This document shows positions 37,433 to 51,321 of a stretch of 64,000 nt of DNA, one piece after another. The notes beneath the pieces are model-generated. The model was not told the DNA's origin. It worked only from the letters and a program-made list of their open reading frames with translations, and made no database searches. The first letter of the stretch is position 1. Each line of letters begins with the position of its first letter. The stretch is from Perna viridis. Its lineage: Eukaryota. Both the position numbers and the translations under genes were made by a program. Where the stretch lies: contig CM074521.1 of the NCBI GenBank assembly GCA_037379345.1, forward strand, positions 20,546,704 to 20,610,703, given 5' to 3'.

Positions 37433-38260
37433 GTAAGACTTTCTACCATTTAGATTGCAGATACGCATTTACATGGTAATGCCGATTTCGAAATAATACA
37501 AGTCATGTAATATATAAAGAAATAAACGAAATCCATATTTTCTATTCAAATAAACTAAGGTCGACTAAAGAAGGTTTCTGCATACATGAACTTGAATTCT
37601 AGTTCGGCAATGTATTTACGGGAAAGTTTTTCTTTAACAGGCGGGAGAAAAGTTTTAAATTTATAAATTTCAACGTGTTGATATGATACATTTATCCAAC
37701 CTAAATGCGTTTTCAACAGCTGTAATAGATTGGGATTATAATTTCACCTTCTATGTACAATACGAAAAAAATATAATAATAAAAATAAAAATAATAATAA
37801 AAATTATAATAAAAATTATCACATCACTACAATTAATAATGTGTTCTTGACAAAGCTTTTCATTCAATTTGAATTTGAATAATGTTTAATTTACATTGAT
37901 TTGTTTTTGTAAATAATATCGGTTAACAGATTAAACAGACTTTTACAAATTTAGTCATTGTGTTTGAACATTTCTATATCTGTTGGTATGTTGTCGTTCT
38001 GTTAGCTTCAGGGTCCAGATTTATAAAGAACATCTTCAAATTTTAACATATTAGATACTATAAAATGGACGACTTTAGGAAAAAAACTCAATTGAAGAAT
38101 CCTAAACTTTGGATTTTTTTATGAAACCCATGCCATAGCTCACAAACCTTGTATGGCATGTTAGTAATATATTGTAACACTTTTCTAAGACAGAGTTTGT
38201 TTAATCAATTGTACGGAATTACTTTTATTTGATTAAATCATATCTTGTCTTTATTTCCAG

Positions 38261-38901
38261 CTTTTTCATCTCCAAGACAATCCACTTCAAACAGTGAACA
38301 AACTACTTTGCATAGAACGACAGAAGAGGAAGTTACTACTGACCTAACAACTGAGCCTTATTCAACAAAAGTAACTCATCATCGCTTCACAGAGGTTATT
38401 CAACCTCATACTGCAAAGTTTATTCATCCGAAAACCACATATTTTACTCATCCAAATACCACATATTTTACTCATCCGAATACCACAGAGATAACCAATC
38501 CTCAAGAATCAACCGTTCATAAAACATCGATGTCACAATATCCGGCAGGATTTTCACCAACACCTCCCGGATCAACAATATCAAATGAATGTACGTGTGT
38601 ATGTCCAAATAGATACAAATACATTTATTTAGCTGGACGAAATCTCACTATGGAAGAAATAAAAAGTGCTCTTCAGAGCGAACTAAAAAAACTGAAGTCG
38701 TCAATAGAAGTTCCAAAGAAAAACACATCGGCATACATACGAAGCAAAACATGTGACACGTCAGACAAACGTGTCTCGTCAAAGGCTATAGGATCACTAT
38801 CAATAGTCACTATAGTAGTTCCCTTAGTGTTGTTTCTTCTCAATGATGCTGTGAATGTCTGTCATACTGTGAAGAAAAAGAGGGTAATTCCTAATGAGTA
38901 A
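38261..38901 (+). CDS. Gene C2 exon 3: Thr/His/Pro-rich stalk, CxCxC, helical segment, TM helix, short basic tail (full protein 464 aa)
   Basis: Acceptor ttatttccAG in phase 1. TM-like IGSLSIVTIVVPLVLFLL followed by KKKR. AATAAA at ~39046. Confidence 0.9.
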
Positions 38902-39410
38902 TAACGCAAACTTGTACAGTCACTTTAATTCGGTAGTCATCGGCATTTTTCTAAAAGCGACTTTGTTGTTGAAATTTTGAATATTCTATCTACGCTGTTA
39001 TACCGGCTGACTCATCTATATGTATGCCTTGATTTTGCTTCATAAAATAAATGCGATTAATAAAATCTTGTTTCCCAATTGATTAACCTTAGAAACACTG
39101 CTTATATATTTTGAGACCATTTCTTAATTTTAGAAAATTGGTTATTTCATTCTTTAACTAATAATATAACATAAAATAGTGTTATTTGTGTTATACGACA
39201 CACCTCTCTTCGTCTATAAAATTTCATTTATTGTTACTTCGAACTTACGTCCATAATCATATGTTTTTTATTGTTTCTAAAAGTCTCCATATTCTTCAAA
39301 TTCTTTTGGATCACTAAACTTGTCTTGATTTGATGTTCCTATGTACGTTAAGGTTTGTAAGTCTACTTTTTACTCGTACTACGTTGATTTATTTTGAAAC
39401 ATTTACAATC

Positions 39411-39820
39411 CAAGACCATAGGCACACTTCATGGACCTTCTTGACCGTAAGCATACTTTCGTGCCCAACAGACCATAGACACGCTTTCTTGTCCTCCATG
39501 ACCAAAGGCATACTTTCTTGTTTTCGAAGACAATTGGCACACTTTCTTGTCCTCAAGACGTTAGGCACCCTTTCTTGTCCTCCAAGACAAAAGGCACACT
39601 TCCTTGTCTGCCACGACTAGAGGCACACTTACTTGTCCCCCATGATCGCTGACTACTTTTCTTGTCTTTCAAGACCATAGGCACACTTTCTTTTCCTCAA
39701 AGACCATAGGCAAACTTTCTTCGCAGACATTTGCTTCATCTTCAAGGCCGTAGGCTTACTCCTGTTCTCAAGGACCAAATGCACACTTTTTTAACCCAAA
39801 GACCTAAGGCACTCTTTCGT
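39411..39820 (+). repeat. Degenerate ~29-bp minisatellite, ~14 units
   Basis: Consensus about CAAGACCATAGGCACACTTTCTTGTCCTC. Confidence 0.85.
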
Positions 39821-40841
39821 CGTTAGTAAGTATACAGGTTACTTTGCAGAAGTTTGTATCTTTTATTTTTTTTAAATTGTTATACTGTTTTCTGAAATGT
39901 CCCGTTTAGAAATTTTGAAAACCAGAAGTACATGTATTTTTATCAGTTCAGTTGAATAGTACTCATGGTCGTACTTCTTGCTGACATAAGCATACATATT
40001 ACAAATTGAAAATATAAATAGTTACATTTGCTGATACTGTATAGTCTTTGTAAATTTGTTTTATAATTAAAAGAAATAGATATGGCGTGCTTTAAACAGT
40101 CGAGAAAAGTCGTTTACTATACCGTTTGATTTTTTTCCCGAACGTATTACCAAAATTAAAGAACAGCTTTTCGGAGATACGAAAACTCAGACATGCATTT
40201 GTATACGTCAGGGGTGATGTATAAAATATTAAAATATTCCCCCAATAATCAATGAATGTTACATATCCGGAAGCTGTAGAAGTTATGAATTTAAGACAAA
40301 AAATAGATCCACTAAAGCTAAAAAGGATATGGCTGGAGCTACTTGTAATTGTGAACCGAAATTTGAAGACTTTTTAAGCCCACGGTGCTCACAATGTGGC
40401 AAATATGCAACGAGTTAAATATGATACGAATTCAAATAATAAAAAAGCAGTTACGAAGACAATCGCTCCATTTTGTCAGAATACTCCATCATGCAGAAAA
40501 CATAGCAGAAACCAAAACTGCTTTAATCTATTGTCTATCTTAGTAATATAAATCAATGTAATGTATTTTGGCCTATTTGAAGCATCGTAAGATGATAAAA
40601 GTAACAGGTAACGAGAAATCATAAATTACGAGCAATAGTTCGGAAAAGAAATTAGAGTAATCACTGCTTTAAAATATTGAAATAATATTTATTCGCAAAA
40701 TAGCAAGACGATGTGTTCTTAGATGTATTAGGAATTTAACGGTGGCAGTTATAACATCTGGCGTATCCAACTTATAAAGTTCATTACGATTTGCAGGTTC
40801 TATTATGTCCTTATCTACTAATTACGTGTAAGTTTTTGTAT

Positions 40842-41212
40842 GAATCAGGCAAAATGTGAAACAATCTGAAACAGGCATGTCAAGAACCCACCATTCTGAC
40901 AATTCAATTTCACTCAAGGAGGATTTATAAAGACCACCATTTCGTCACTGCATAACTGGTTTTGCTCAGAAATTTTTCAATAGATTGTCAGAAAAATGAA
41001 GTTTTTGACAGAAATATCTGTCCTTTAAATGTTCCTTTTCAGTGTATTTCAATGAAACTATAACTCAATTTACCAATATGATATGGAAAATCTCCTCCTA
41101 GTTTCTCGATTCAGATGGTGCAAGTAGTCAAATTACACTTTCAAAGTTGTGGGTTTTTCATACCATGCTTCATTCACTGCCTGATTCTTACAGAGACTGA
41201 CACTTTACATGT
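40842..41212 (+). repeat. Dispersed repeat (probable DNA-transposon remnant), second copy at ~50295-50620
   Basis: Shared GAATCAGGCAAAATG...TCACTCAAGGA...GATGGTGCAA.TAGTCAAATTACACT...CTTACAGAGACTGACACTT. Confidence 0.75.
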
Positions 41213-43925
41213 CGCAGTTGATTCGTTACTGCCATGTAATAGTTTGTTTTACAAAGACCTTCTTAGTAAAAAGAAGAAACTGTCAAATAATATTACACAG
41301 AAGTATTAAATACGTTCAGGCCCCATTAAGCCGGCGATCATCTTTACTAAATAGTTTTAAGGCGTCATCGCAATATGAATGCTGAAGTTTCTATTTTACA
41401 GATAAGAACACATATCTTCAGTTATTTTTCACGTCTTTAGGGATTGTGAATCTAACGAAGTCGAAGCTTACGGGATTTTACTCCCATGCAATCGATGTAT
41501 GCCCTTTCAGGGCACAGGTACCCTTCTAAAGTGCCTGTGTGACTCCCGGTTTATTTGTATGGGTCATATCACCGGGTTTTGTTTTTATCTGTTTTTTGTT
41601 TTATATTATTAAATGCAGTTGTATCTTGTTGCGTCGTCTTTATTGACTGAGTGGATCGTCATTGTTTCCGTTATTCGCCTTTTAGTCAAGTGTAATTGTT
41701 CTTATGTTCTGAATATTTGCTTTTTTGTTTTTAATGCTTCGCTTGTTTTTTTTTTCGGAACTTTATGCTAACTCTATTAAGATGATTTATGTTATTAGAA
41801 TTATGTTCAAACGATGGCATTTGAAAAAGAATGCCAATTAAAACAACTTTTCGATTGGTTTAAGAAACATCAACTTTTCTTTATGGCATTAAAACGTTTT
41901 ACTTTATATTTATTGATTTGCTTTATTGTATTTAGGAAAGAATGATTTGAAGATCCGAAAGTAAACGTGCACCACACTTTTAACCTATGACAAAAAACGA
42001 ATCCGAGAATGGGTGGTCGATTCGACAATTGTTGGTATAAATGTACAACAATATCATGATGACGGGGATTTTGGTTGCATGGTTTTCAGTCTTTGAACTA
42101 CAACTGCTTCTATAGAGTGGTTAAATACTTACTCAAAATAAATGTATACATTTTACATAATGATTATGGATTAAAGTTGACAAATGGATACCACAACTAT
42201 TTGCAAGTATAGTACACAAGAAGACATATGACCATATTTTCACGTGTTCTTTAAAGTAGAGTAGCGTTAACACTCCTGTTTGTTTGTTTTCATATAGCTT
42301 TTCTCATTATGCATTACTGCGTAGCACAGCGTCAACACTACCACATGAAGTATATATTTCTTCCACAACGTCATTTTATGATACCGCTTGCTCTTTCTCC
42401 GATACAGTCGATCAAAATATTTATCTTTATCCAAAAATACAAATTAAATTACTAAGATTCTCCAAAACGCCTTAGTAGTTTATTGAATATCAAAGTCATG
42501 TCTGGTATGCGTAAATATGAAATGTTCTTTTTAATATAGAAACTAAGGTATTCGAACAAACTGTAACATTCAAAATTAAATTGCAGCTTCTGTTCCAATT
42601 CTGACACACAATTTACTTTACTTTAAGTAAAGATCATTTCAATTTATTGGCAAAGATTTTCATCATTATATACTTTTCATTTTATTTTTCATTACTTGGT
42701 ATTACTTTTTTTAACTTTTATATTTGATATGACATGTTTTCATACTTTTTTTTTTATTTTTATGACTTGTGTACATTGTCTTTGTTACAAACGAAATCTA
42801 CTTCCCGTTCCAAAACAATTGCTTACATGTAAAATTGAATAATAATGAAACACATGTTTTGCACGATTGAAACAATTGTGACCAACTATCTCTCGTACGT
42901 TTCTTTTTACGTTCCTTGCTGTATTATACATCCGATTAACGTTATAATTTTCTATTTACAGTATTTATCATCCATATTCCATCTTTTAATTCTCAGTCCT
43001 AATAATAAAACTCACGTTCCCTATATTATTCTTTTTTAAGTTTCTCAAAATGATATATTACCATGTTCAGAATTTATAAAAACGTGTCTTCTGTCATTCC
43101 ATATAATTAAATTAAATTTTCTCAATTAAAAGAAATCGAACCCTATTAAAAAAACACCTTTTTAAATTAAAATGCTTGTCTTCACATTCCCTAATTAAGT
43201 AACCACTAACGTTATCATTATTTGTTTGTACATGCCATTTTTGTTTTCGTAACTCGGCGGGTGTTTCTATAAGGAAGACGCTGACCCCAACGGTGCACGT
43301 ATTCCATGTTCCTAGGTTTTAATGGAGTGCGGATTGCTCATATACCTTTGTTTTCACGTGGTCATTTCATGTATGTGTTGTGTATGTTGATTTTTTATGT
43401 CTAGGTGTTATCTTTGTATTATGATTTTTTTTCAAATTCCCGCTCAAATCCTGGTTTACATGATTTCCATCTCTATACATGAAATGAAATGGTTTGTTAG
43501 AGTAAAGGGGAATTGCTTTTAACTGCGAAAAGTTTATTTTCATTGCGTATCAATAAGTCGTCTTAAGTTCTTTCAAGATTTTTTAAAGACTTCCATAAAA
43601 TGACGTGTCCTGTTTTTTTTACCTACCGTTTGTCATAATGTATGCCCCCATGATCTACCCGGTACAGCTGTAAGTATCACAGCGAAATATTCCTAACATG
43701 GATGATATAACCATTCACCAGACCTTTGTAGGAACTAATATTTGATATTCAATCGGCATTATACAACTGTTTTTTTTTTATCTCAGGAGTTAAGGGATAG
43801 AGTTTATCTCTGTTTACAATGTCAATTTCCTTTAAATATTTGCAATGTTCGATATGTGTTCATGTTTATTGTAAAACTAATGAATTTGCTTTCGAAAACA
43901 TATTTTATACATGCACATCGCAAAC

Positions 43926-43983
43926 ATGTCAAAACATATATTTATTTTGTTGGGAATACATTATGTGTCAGGAGTAACTTATA
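43926..43983 (+). CDS. Gene C3 exon 1: signal peptide MSKHIFILLGIHYVSGVTY
   Basis: 19 codons plus 1 nt, donor GTAAGT. Paralogue of 35877-35934. Confidence 0.85.
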
Positions 43984-44808
43984 GTAAGTATATTGTTCTT
44001 ATTACTTCACATTTTAATGTTCTTGTAGCAGTTTTATATCGGAAAATATTAATGTTCTTCACATTATTTATTAGGAAAAACTTAAGCTTTAGTTATTTTA
44101 CAATATGCCAATTTCGATGCCCTTCCTGTTTAAACGATCACCCTTTTTCAAGGAAATGGTACAAGTATAAAATTACAATTGAGGTTCCAAGATGATTTGT
44201 TTATAAAACATAAATATGGTAATACATGTAGTACAAGCCAGTAAATGCTGTTTCCGTTTTGAATGTTCCGTTACTTTGAGAAACTATGTTTCGATAGTTA
44301 AACCAAGAATTGTGTATTACTCATAGGAAAAAAGAGTTAAATTGTATAGGTATCGAAACATGTATTTCATATATGAATTATATCTGCACCGAGGTATGCT
44401 ATTGCATTGCCTGTCTAATAAATGGTACAAATGCGAACAGTTACAAACCCTTACCGATTTTATCAGCAAAATGGCTTCGGATCAAAATGATAAAACACTC
44501 TCTTCAACAGTACTTTATGATACATCATCACTTTATTCAGAGAATGAGAAAACCTTTAAAATGACATATCATGCAGATCCGGTGAAATCGGTGAAATGTA
44601 CTAAAATGCACTATTTGAGGCTCCAGTAACAAAAGGGTGATGGGATTTAATACGTCAATTATTAACACATCGTCAGTTTTGAAAATGCAGTAAGAATCTT
44701 GCTAAAATGGAAACCAAAAAAATGTCCGTTGAAAGTACACAACCTTATGATTTACACTCTAAATCCTAAAATGAACAGTACATATAATGATTGTTTATTC
44801 TCTTTCAG

Positions 44809-45504
44809 ATACATGTTTGGATGCATTGAACAAAGGCGAATCAGCGAATAAGTCCTCCGATATGGCAGATGTTAGTGGTAAATTTCTGTTTAAGGTGTAC
44901 TGTGAATTCGGATTGTCTGGTGGATATACTTTCATTTCAAACAGAATGCTTTCAAAATCGTATATAAATATCAGTAATATCATTCCAAATGATACAATCT
45001 CCGTTTTGTTCCGAATGATGTTTCCGAACGGCAGCCAAACAGAAACTCTAATTGAACAACTTCCAGAAAATAACAAAATGCCCCTTGGCATTTTTTTTTC
45101 GAATCATGGAAACTACAAAGCACCTTTACCATGTGGACCATTCAAGAAGAACGCTCCAGGCTATCTGTATATTGGTTTTCTGTCAATGAATGACATGTAT
45201 GGACATTCTAGAGGATACATGGCCAATCGAAAGTCATACATAGCTGCTAAAAATGGTCAAGTTGTTCCTCCTTGTTACTTTGCGATCTATTTTAGTCCCA
45301 TGTGTTTAAGTGGAATAAATATGAAAAATGTTTTGAAAAATACAACCATGAGTGGATGGTACGACAACAGCAAGCCGGTTGGTCCTTACAAGTTACCCAT
45401 CGAATACTTTTTCCAGTCATATCTGGTAAACTGTAGAGGGAACTCTGATTTTGTTACATACAACAGTTACAGTGACACGGAACTCGCAATAGGACTTCCA
45501 TTTG
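44809..45504 (+). CDS. Gene C3 exon 2: extracellular domain
   Basis: Acceptor tctctttcAG and donor TTTG|GTAAG, 696 nt, phase 1-1. Clear paralogue of C2 exon 2. Confidence 0.9.
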
Positions 45505-46191
45505 GTAAGATCTGCTTGCATTAATATTGAATCCCCGAACTAAAATGGTAATGAGGACGTTAAAAAATGAAATAAAACATTTCTAACAGATTTGCACTGA
45601 AATGCGAGGGATAATACAAATCCAGTTTTTTTTATTAATTAAGGTAGACTAAATAAAGTTATCATATACATACTTTATTTTTTAGTTAGGCTATGTACTT
45701 AATGTATAGAGTAATTTTCGAGATACTTATCTTTTTCTGCTTCTAGACGGCAGAAAAAACTTAATGTTCATCAGTTACAACATCACAATAAGAAAAATTT
45801 TGACTACTTGTTCATGCATGCGTTTGAAGTTGTTTTCATAAATTCCGTTCTACAGTTGCGACAACTTCGCTCTCAGTATAAATGTATATTTATTTATTAA
45901 CATTAACGAACAAATTCTGATTGTTTTTATGATTTCACATTTTTTTTATAGTGATTATGTGGAGTTGGAAATTGAAATAGTGTTCGGTTATTATAATTAA
46001 GTTCACCAATCTAATTATGTAACGTGTAATACATCAGGTGGTAAGGTGTCGTTTTGTTAGCTTCACATGCTTACACGAGCTAACACATCGTGAGAATCAT
46101 ATTGTAACACTTTTCTTAGACAAGATTCGTTATCATTAGTCTGGGCTAAACATAAAATAGCTTTCAATATTCGTTTTGTTTTGATATTTAG

Positions 46192-46850
46192 GGTTTTCGC
46201 CTCCAAAACACTCCACAGCAAATACAGAACACTTTACTTTGTATAGAACGACAGAAAAGGAAGTTACAGATGAACTAACATCTGAGCCTTTTTCTACAGA
46301 CGTACCTCATCCTCGCTCCACAGAGATTATTCAACCTCATACTACAGAGTGTACTCATCCTAAGACCACAGAGGTAACGCCACATCAAGAATCAACTGTC
46401 AAAAAACCTTCCGTTCTAACACAACCGTCGACTCGTAAAATAGTGTCGACTAAAAGTGGACAGTATATACAAACAACGATGTCACAATATCCGACAGGAT
46501 TTTCACCAACACTTATCGGATCAACAACAGCTAATGAATGCACGTGTGTGTGTTCAAATAGACACAAATACTTTTATTTAGCTGGAAGAAATCTCACTCG
46601 GGAAGAAATAAAAAGAGCTCTTCAGAGCGAACTAATCAAACTTAAAACGTCAATAGAGGTTCAAAAGAAAAATACGTCGGCATACATACGAAGCAAGACT
46701 TGTGACACATCGGACAAACGTGTCTCATCCAAGGCTATAGGATCACTTTCTATAGTCACCATAGTAGTTCCCTTAGTGTTGTTTCTTCTCAATGATGTTG
46801 TAAGTGTTTGTCAAAGTGTGAAGAAAAGGGGAGTAATTCGTAATGACTAA
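46192..46850 (+). CDS. Gene C3 exon 3: stalk, CxCxC, juxtamembrane motif, TM helix (full protein 470 aa)
   Basis: Acceptor ttttgatatttAG ends at 46191, phase 1. Frame is open (FSPPKHSTANTEHFTLYRTT...) to the stop at 46850. Confidence 0.9.
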
Positions 46851-49800
46851 TGACACATATATGGACAGTCACTCTCATCTGGTGGTCATCAGTACTTCTT
46901 TCAAAAGTATTTATTTGAAGTTTGAATATTTGTTTTGGTTTTAATACCAGCTATGTCTTCAATATATTTGACAAGATTTCTGCTTCATATAAATAATCTT
47001 AATAAATTAACTTTTTCTCTTGATTTCTGTAAAACAAAACTCTGCTTTTTTGATTTTTAGACAACTTCTCCAATATTAGAACATTTGAGATTTAATTACT
47101 TTGTAGCCACAAGCCTCATGGCATAAAATGATGTTATTAACTTTCTGATACTTCAGAACTCTCTCCATAAAATGTTACTGATCTGATTTCTGTTACAATC
47201 TTAAGTCAAAAGTTCTACAGTTAACGAGTTTGGTTCATCAATTAGCAACTTCCTATATTAATTTGTACCAAACTTTACGACAAACGTGATGACTTCATTT
47301 AAAATTGTCAACCAATCATGTGCTATATACAGGAAGTCAAAGATACACGAAGTATACAGTATTTCAAACTAATTGATTGGAAAACAAATAAGATGGTCTA
47401 GTCCTTATGACAGGGTGATTTTTCGATTTCTGATTAAAAGTACTACAATCAAAAAGTTTGTATTGTCGCCTATGGGGTAAATATTACCATTTTCCCTTGC
47501 TGATCTTGCCCTTGCGCTGTAATATACAGTAAATTAATACTTAAAACGCAATTTAATTTGAGTATGCTCTTGAACATCAAAAACCACTTTTAAGAAGTTT
47601 TCAGGGCTCAAACTGTCTCAATCTACTTGAATATTAAGTACATATTTACTGAAGTTCCATAAGAGAACTTATAATAACCAAACTGAGTTTATTTGGTCAC
47701 CTACATGATTTTCATATTAAAGTAGGTTTCCGCTCTGTATTTATAATGACATTTTGTCATATCTATTTCACTGAACCTTTTATTTGTTATGTAAACATAT
47801 ATATATGTATACTAAACGCATTGTCTGAATGTGCATAAAATAGCAAGATATCTAATGATGTTATTTTTGTGTACCTTTTTTATGAAGACTTGTACGTTTA
47901 ACTCTAACTAGTAGCAAGGTAAAAGGAGACACTGGACAATCTTGTCCCATGCCAATATTTGTTCCACATTTCGACTGTCGTTTTTGTATATTTATTTCCC
48001 TTTTTTAACTTCTTAGCTGACAATATGCAATATCTAAACATGAAATAAAATATATGGTTAAAAAATGCAGACAAATCACGTACATTTTTTTTTGCGAATA
48101 ATTGCATTAGAGTTATAGAAACCTATATTTTTTGGTATTGTTCTTGTATGGAATGCCTTTATGTTTTTTTTCTAAATCATTCAACAAACCAGCCTTTAAA
48201 ACAATAAATCATCGAGGAATCGGGTAAACCTACTACTGCAGCAGTCCGTACACATATATTTATTTCACACTTTGTCAATATTAATATCCCTTCCTTATAC
48301 AGAAACACTTATCATACATAACAGAGGATAGTCGCCATTTATTTTATGGAGGAATCTGTCAAAGGTACTCTAAAAATACAAGGTATGGCAATGTTACATT
48401 GTCCAGGTAAAAAAAAGATGACAAAGTGACGAGATTTTTATCACATCAATTCTGACGAGTACTTTCCATGATCCACAATAGCGTTATTATACACTGCACA
48501 TGTTTATCAGTTACAAGTAAAATGGAGTGTGCTATCGGTTAATTCCTAGTGATTGATTGATATTGACAACTCGACAAATGTTTTGATTCAATTTTAATTC
48601 AAAGAATAATTGGATATAATTCATTGATATTGTATTAGTGAACGAATCGTAGGTAAGTTTCTTTTGTGTCTTTTTCGCTATCTTGATTAATATTAAGTTA
48701 TTTTGTAGATAAAACAATGAGATATATATCTATAAATGCATTAAAAAGTAATCAAGGCAATCAAGATTCGAGTCATATAGTTTTTTTTTATATATATATT
48801 CTGATTATTTCATTATTTCCGATTTTGGTTTTTATGGGTTTGTTAAATAATTCCTTTACGTGTTCATTCTTCATTAAAATATAAGTCTTGATAAGATGTT
48901 TTAAGCATAATAGTTATTATTGTAACTGTCCACTTCGAAATATATATGACACTTCTTCTCTGACAAACATTGTTTCTGTATTTGCTAAACATGAAACATT
49001 TAAACTCTAGGTCGTAGTGTTACGTTATTTAAATGATTCCATTATATTTATTTTACTTATTATTATTGATATGATAATATTAAAGTTGAAGTAAACCTGG
49101 TAAGCCATCCGGTTTTGATTTTTACAACATGTGGAATAGTATATCATTTACTGTTTACAAGATACGATTGACAATATAGTTAATTAAAACATAAAAAAAA
49201 AAACAGATATATCTTTTTTATTTACTCATAAATTTTGAGATGTTTATTTACGCTGTGATTAATTTGGGAACTATATATAGATAGTGAATTTGACAACTTT
49301 AACAGTGCCACATTTTTTTCTGGTTAAGCCCCTTCGTAATAGATGGTTATTTCCTGTGGTAAAATAATACTAATTGCATTTAATGTCAATTACTGAACAA
49401 ATACAACTTAATAAAATCACCTGCACTTTGTCATGTACAATGTAATGAACAACAAAACAAAAATCAAAAACAAATATAAGTATAAAAAACACAGAACAAA
49501 CAAAATATCTGATGATTGATATGCTTTCGAAATTACCAGGAAAATGAGAAAACTACTGGCTAAAAAAATTATATGTATTAGATGAGCAAGTGTTTATACT
49601 CAAGATAAACGAAGTAGAAAATGAAAGTACTATATTTTGACATTTTTGGATCAAAATACTCTACTTACTTACTGAGCTTTAAGTTTGACATGTATATTAA
49701 AATGGGTAAACATGCAAAAATGCATGTACTTTGAGCGTCACGCAAAATTCACGTGGATTACACATGAATATAACGCATTTTTCACGTGATATTCACTCAT

Positions 49801-50294
49801 CTTTATATTGTAACCGTACGTCATGAGAAAAGATCACATAAAATTCATGTGAGAATTAGATTCGCACTATTTTCATGTAGTTCTTGTCACAAGTTTTTTT
49901 TTTATTTTCTTAATTCATGTGAAAATAATGTGTAATGGTTTTGTCTGTGATCATATTTTTTTTTACTTCTAAACTTTAATGTAAAATGTAAAATACTAGT
50001 ACATGTAGGTTATGCGTCGTCCCTGTATGCATTTTGAACTTAACCACGCATATATAATGGAAAACCCCATCGCTTTAAATATGATAACAGTTCTATAATA
50101 GGATTTATTGATTTTAATCTGTGCTTCGTATGTATTATCAGATAATTCAATAGCTTAAAGATACATACATATGATACAAGAAAAAGAAGTGATAAAAACA
50201 TCAGAAAAAAAACATTTCAAATAAAGTGAAAAGTTCAGGTGTATGTAAGAATCAGGCAAAATTTTCGATGATTATTAAATATAAATGTTTGTAA

Positions 50295-50620
50295 GAATCA
50301 GGCAAAATGAAAATATCAGAAACATGCACGTCAAAAACCCTCCGATCTGACAATATAATATCACTCAAGGATACTTTCTCTGTTTGAAAAAAAAACTTTA
50401 TTTTATCTCAGTATCCAGAGTTATCTGCCCTTGCAATGTTCATTTTCAGTGCATTTCAAGGAAATTATAACCCAATTAGCCAAAATGATATGGCAAATAT
50501 TATCTTTTTTCCTCGATTTGATGGTGCAAATAGTCAAATTACACTATCAAAATGATGGGTTCTTTCATATCATGTTTCACCCACTGCCTGTGTCTTACAG
50601 AGACTGACACTTCACATGTT
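50295..50620 (+). repeat. Dispersed repeat, copy of 40842-41212
   Basis: Colinear similarity in the same orientation. Confidence 0.75.
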
Positions 50621-51321
50621 GGAAGGCTGTCGTATCTGTAATACTGCAATCTACATTTCTTGCCAGAGAAGCTTATTATAAAGTGACCATGTACTGAGCA
50701 TACATCACTTTGCCTCTTAAAGCATTTATGATAAAAACAAGTCATTTTGTTTAGGTTTTAAAACAAGAGAAATATACATTTGGTCTATTTCATTAATCTT
50801 GAAATATAAGATTCTCTAACATGGACTATATTTCAAAGCTAAATTGTATAAAGTCAAAATCACTTGCTTGCCATCTATTTTTACAACGTATAATTGATTC
50901 TGATTGTCTTTTACGTCTTGACGGAATATCATATGGTTGCCCCCCCCCCCCCCCCCCCCCCCCATCATAAAAACTATAAATTTTGCATTCATTAAGTAAT
51001 TTAACCATTTTTTGTATTACCTTTACGTATCTATAAAGATAAATGAAATAAATCGTTTTGATTCATTTTTCAATCACTGACATCATAAATCATATTGCAA
51101 AATAAGTATTCGTTCCTACAGAAAATCTACAATTTTCCTGACCAATATTTCATCTTTTTTAAGACACATAGTAGTAAAACAATTACTTGTTGTCACGTGT
51201 AAACTCAAGGTGACTAACACACGCAATTAATCAAAGCAGTACAACACATATTTTCAGTTCCTTACATGGAATTTAACTTTAGAATTATTCCTGTCGTACA
51301 TGTACGAACCCATAATAATAG

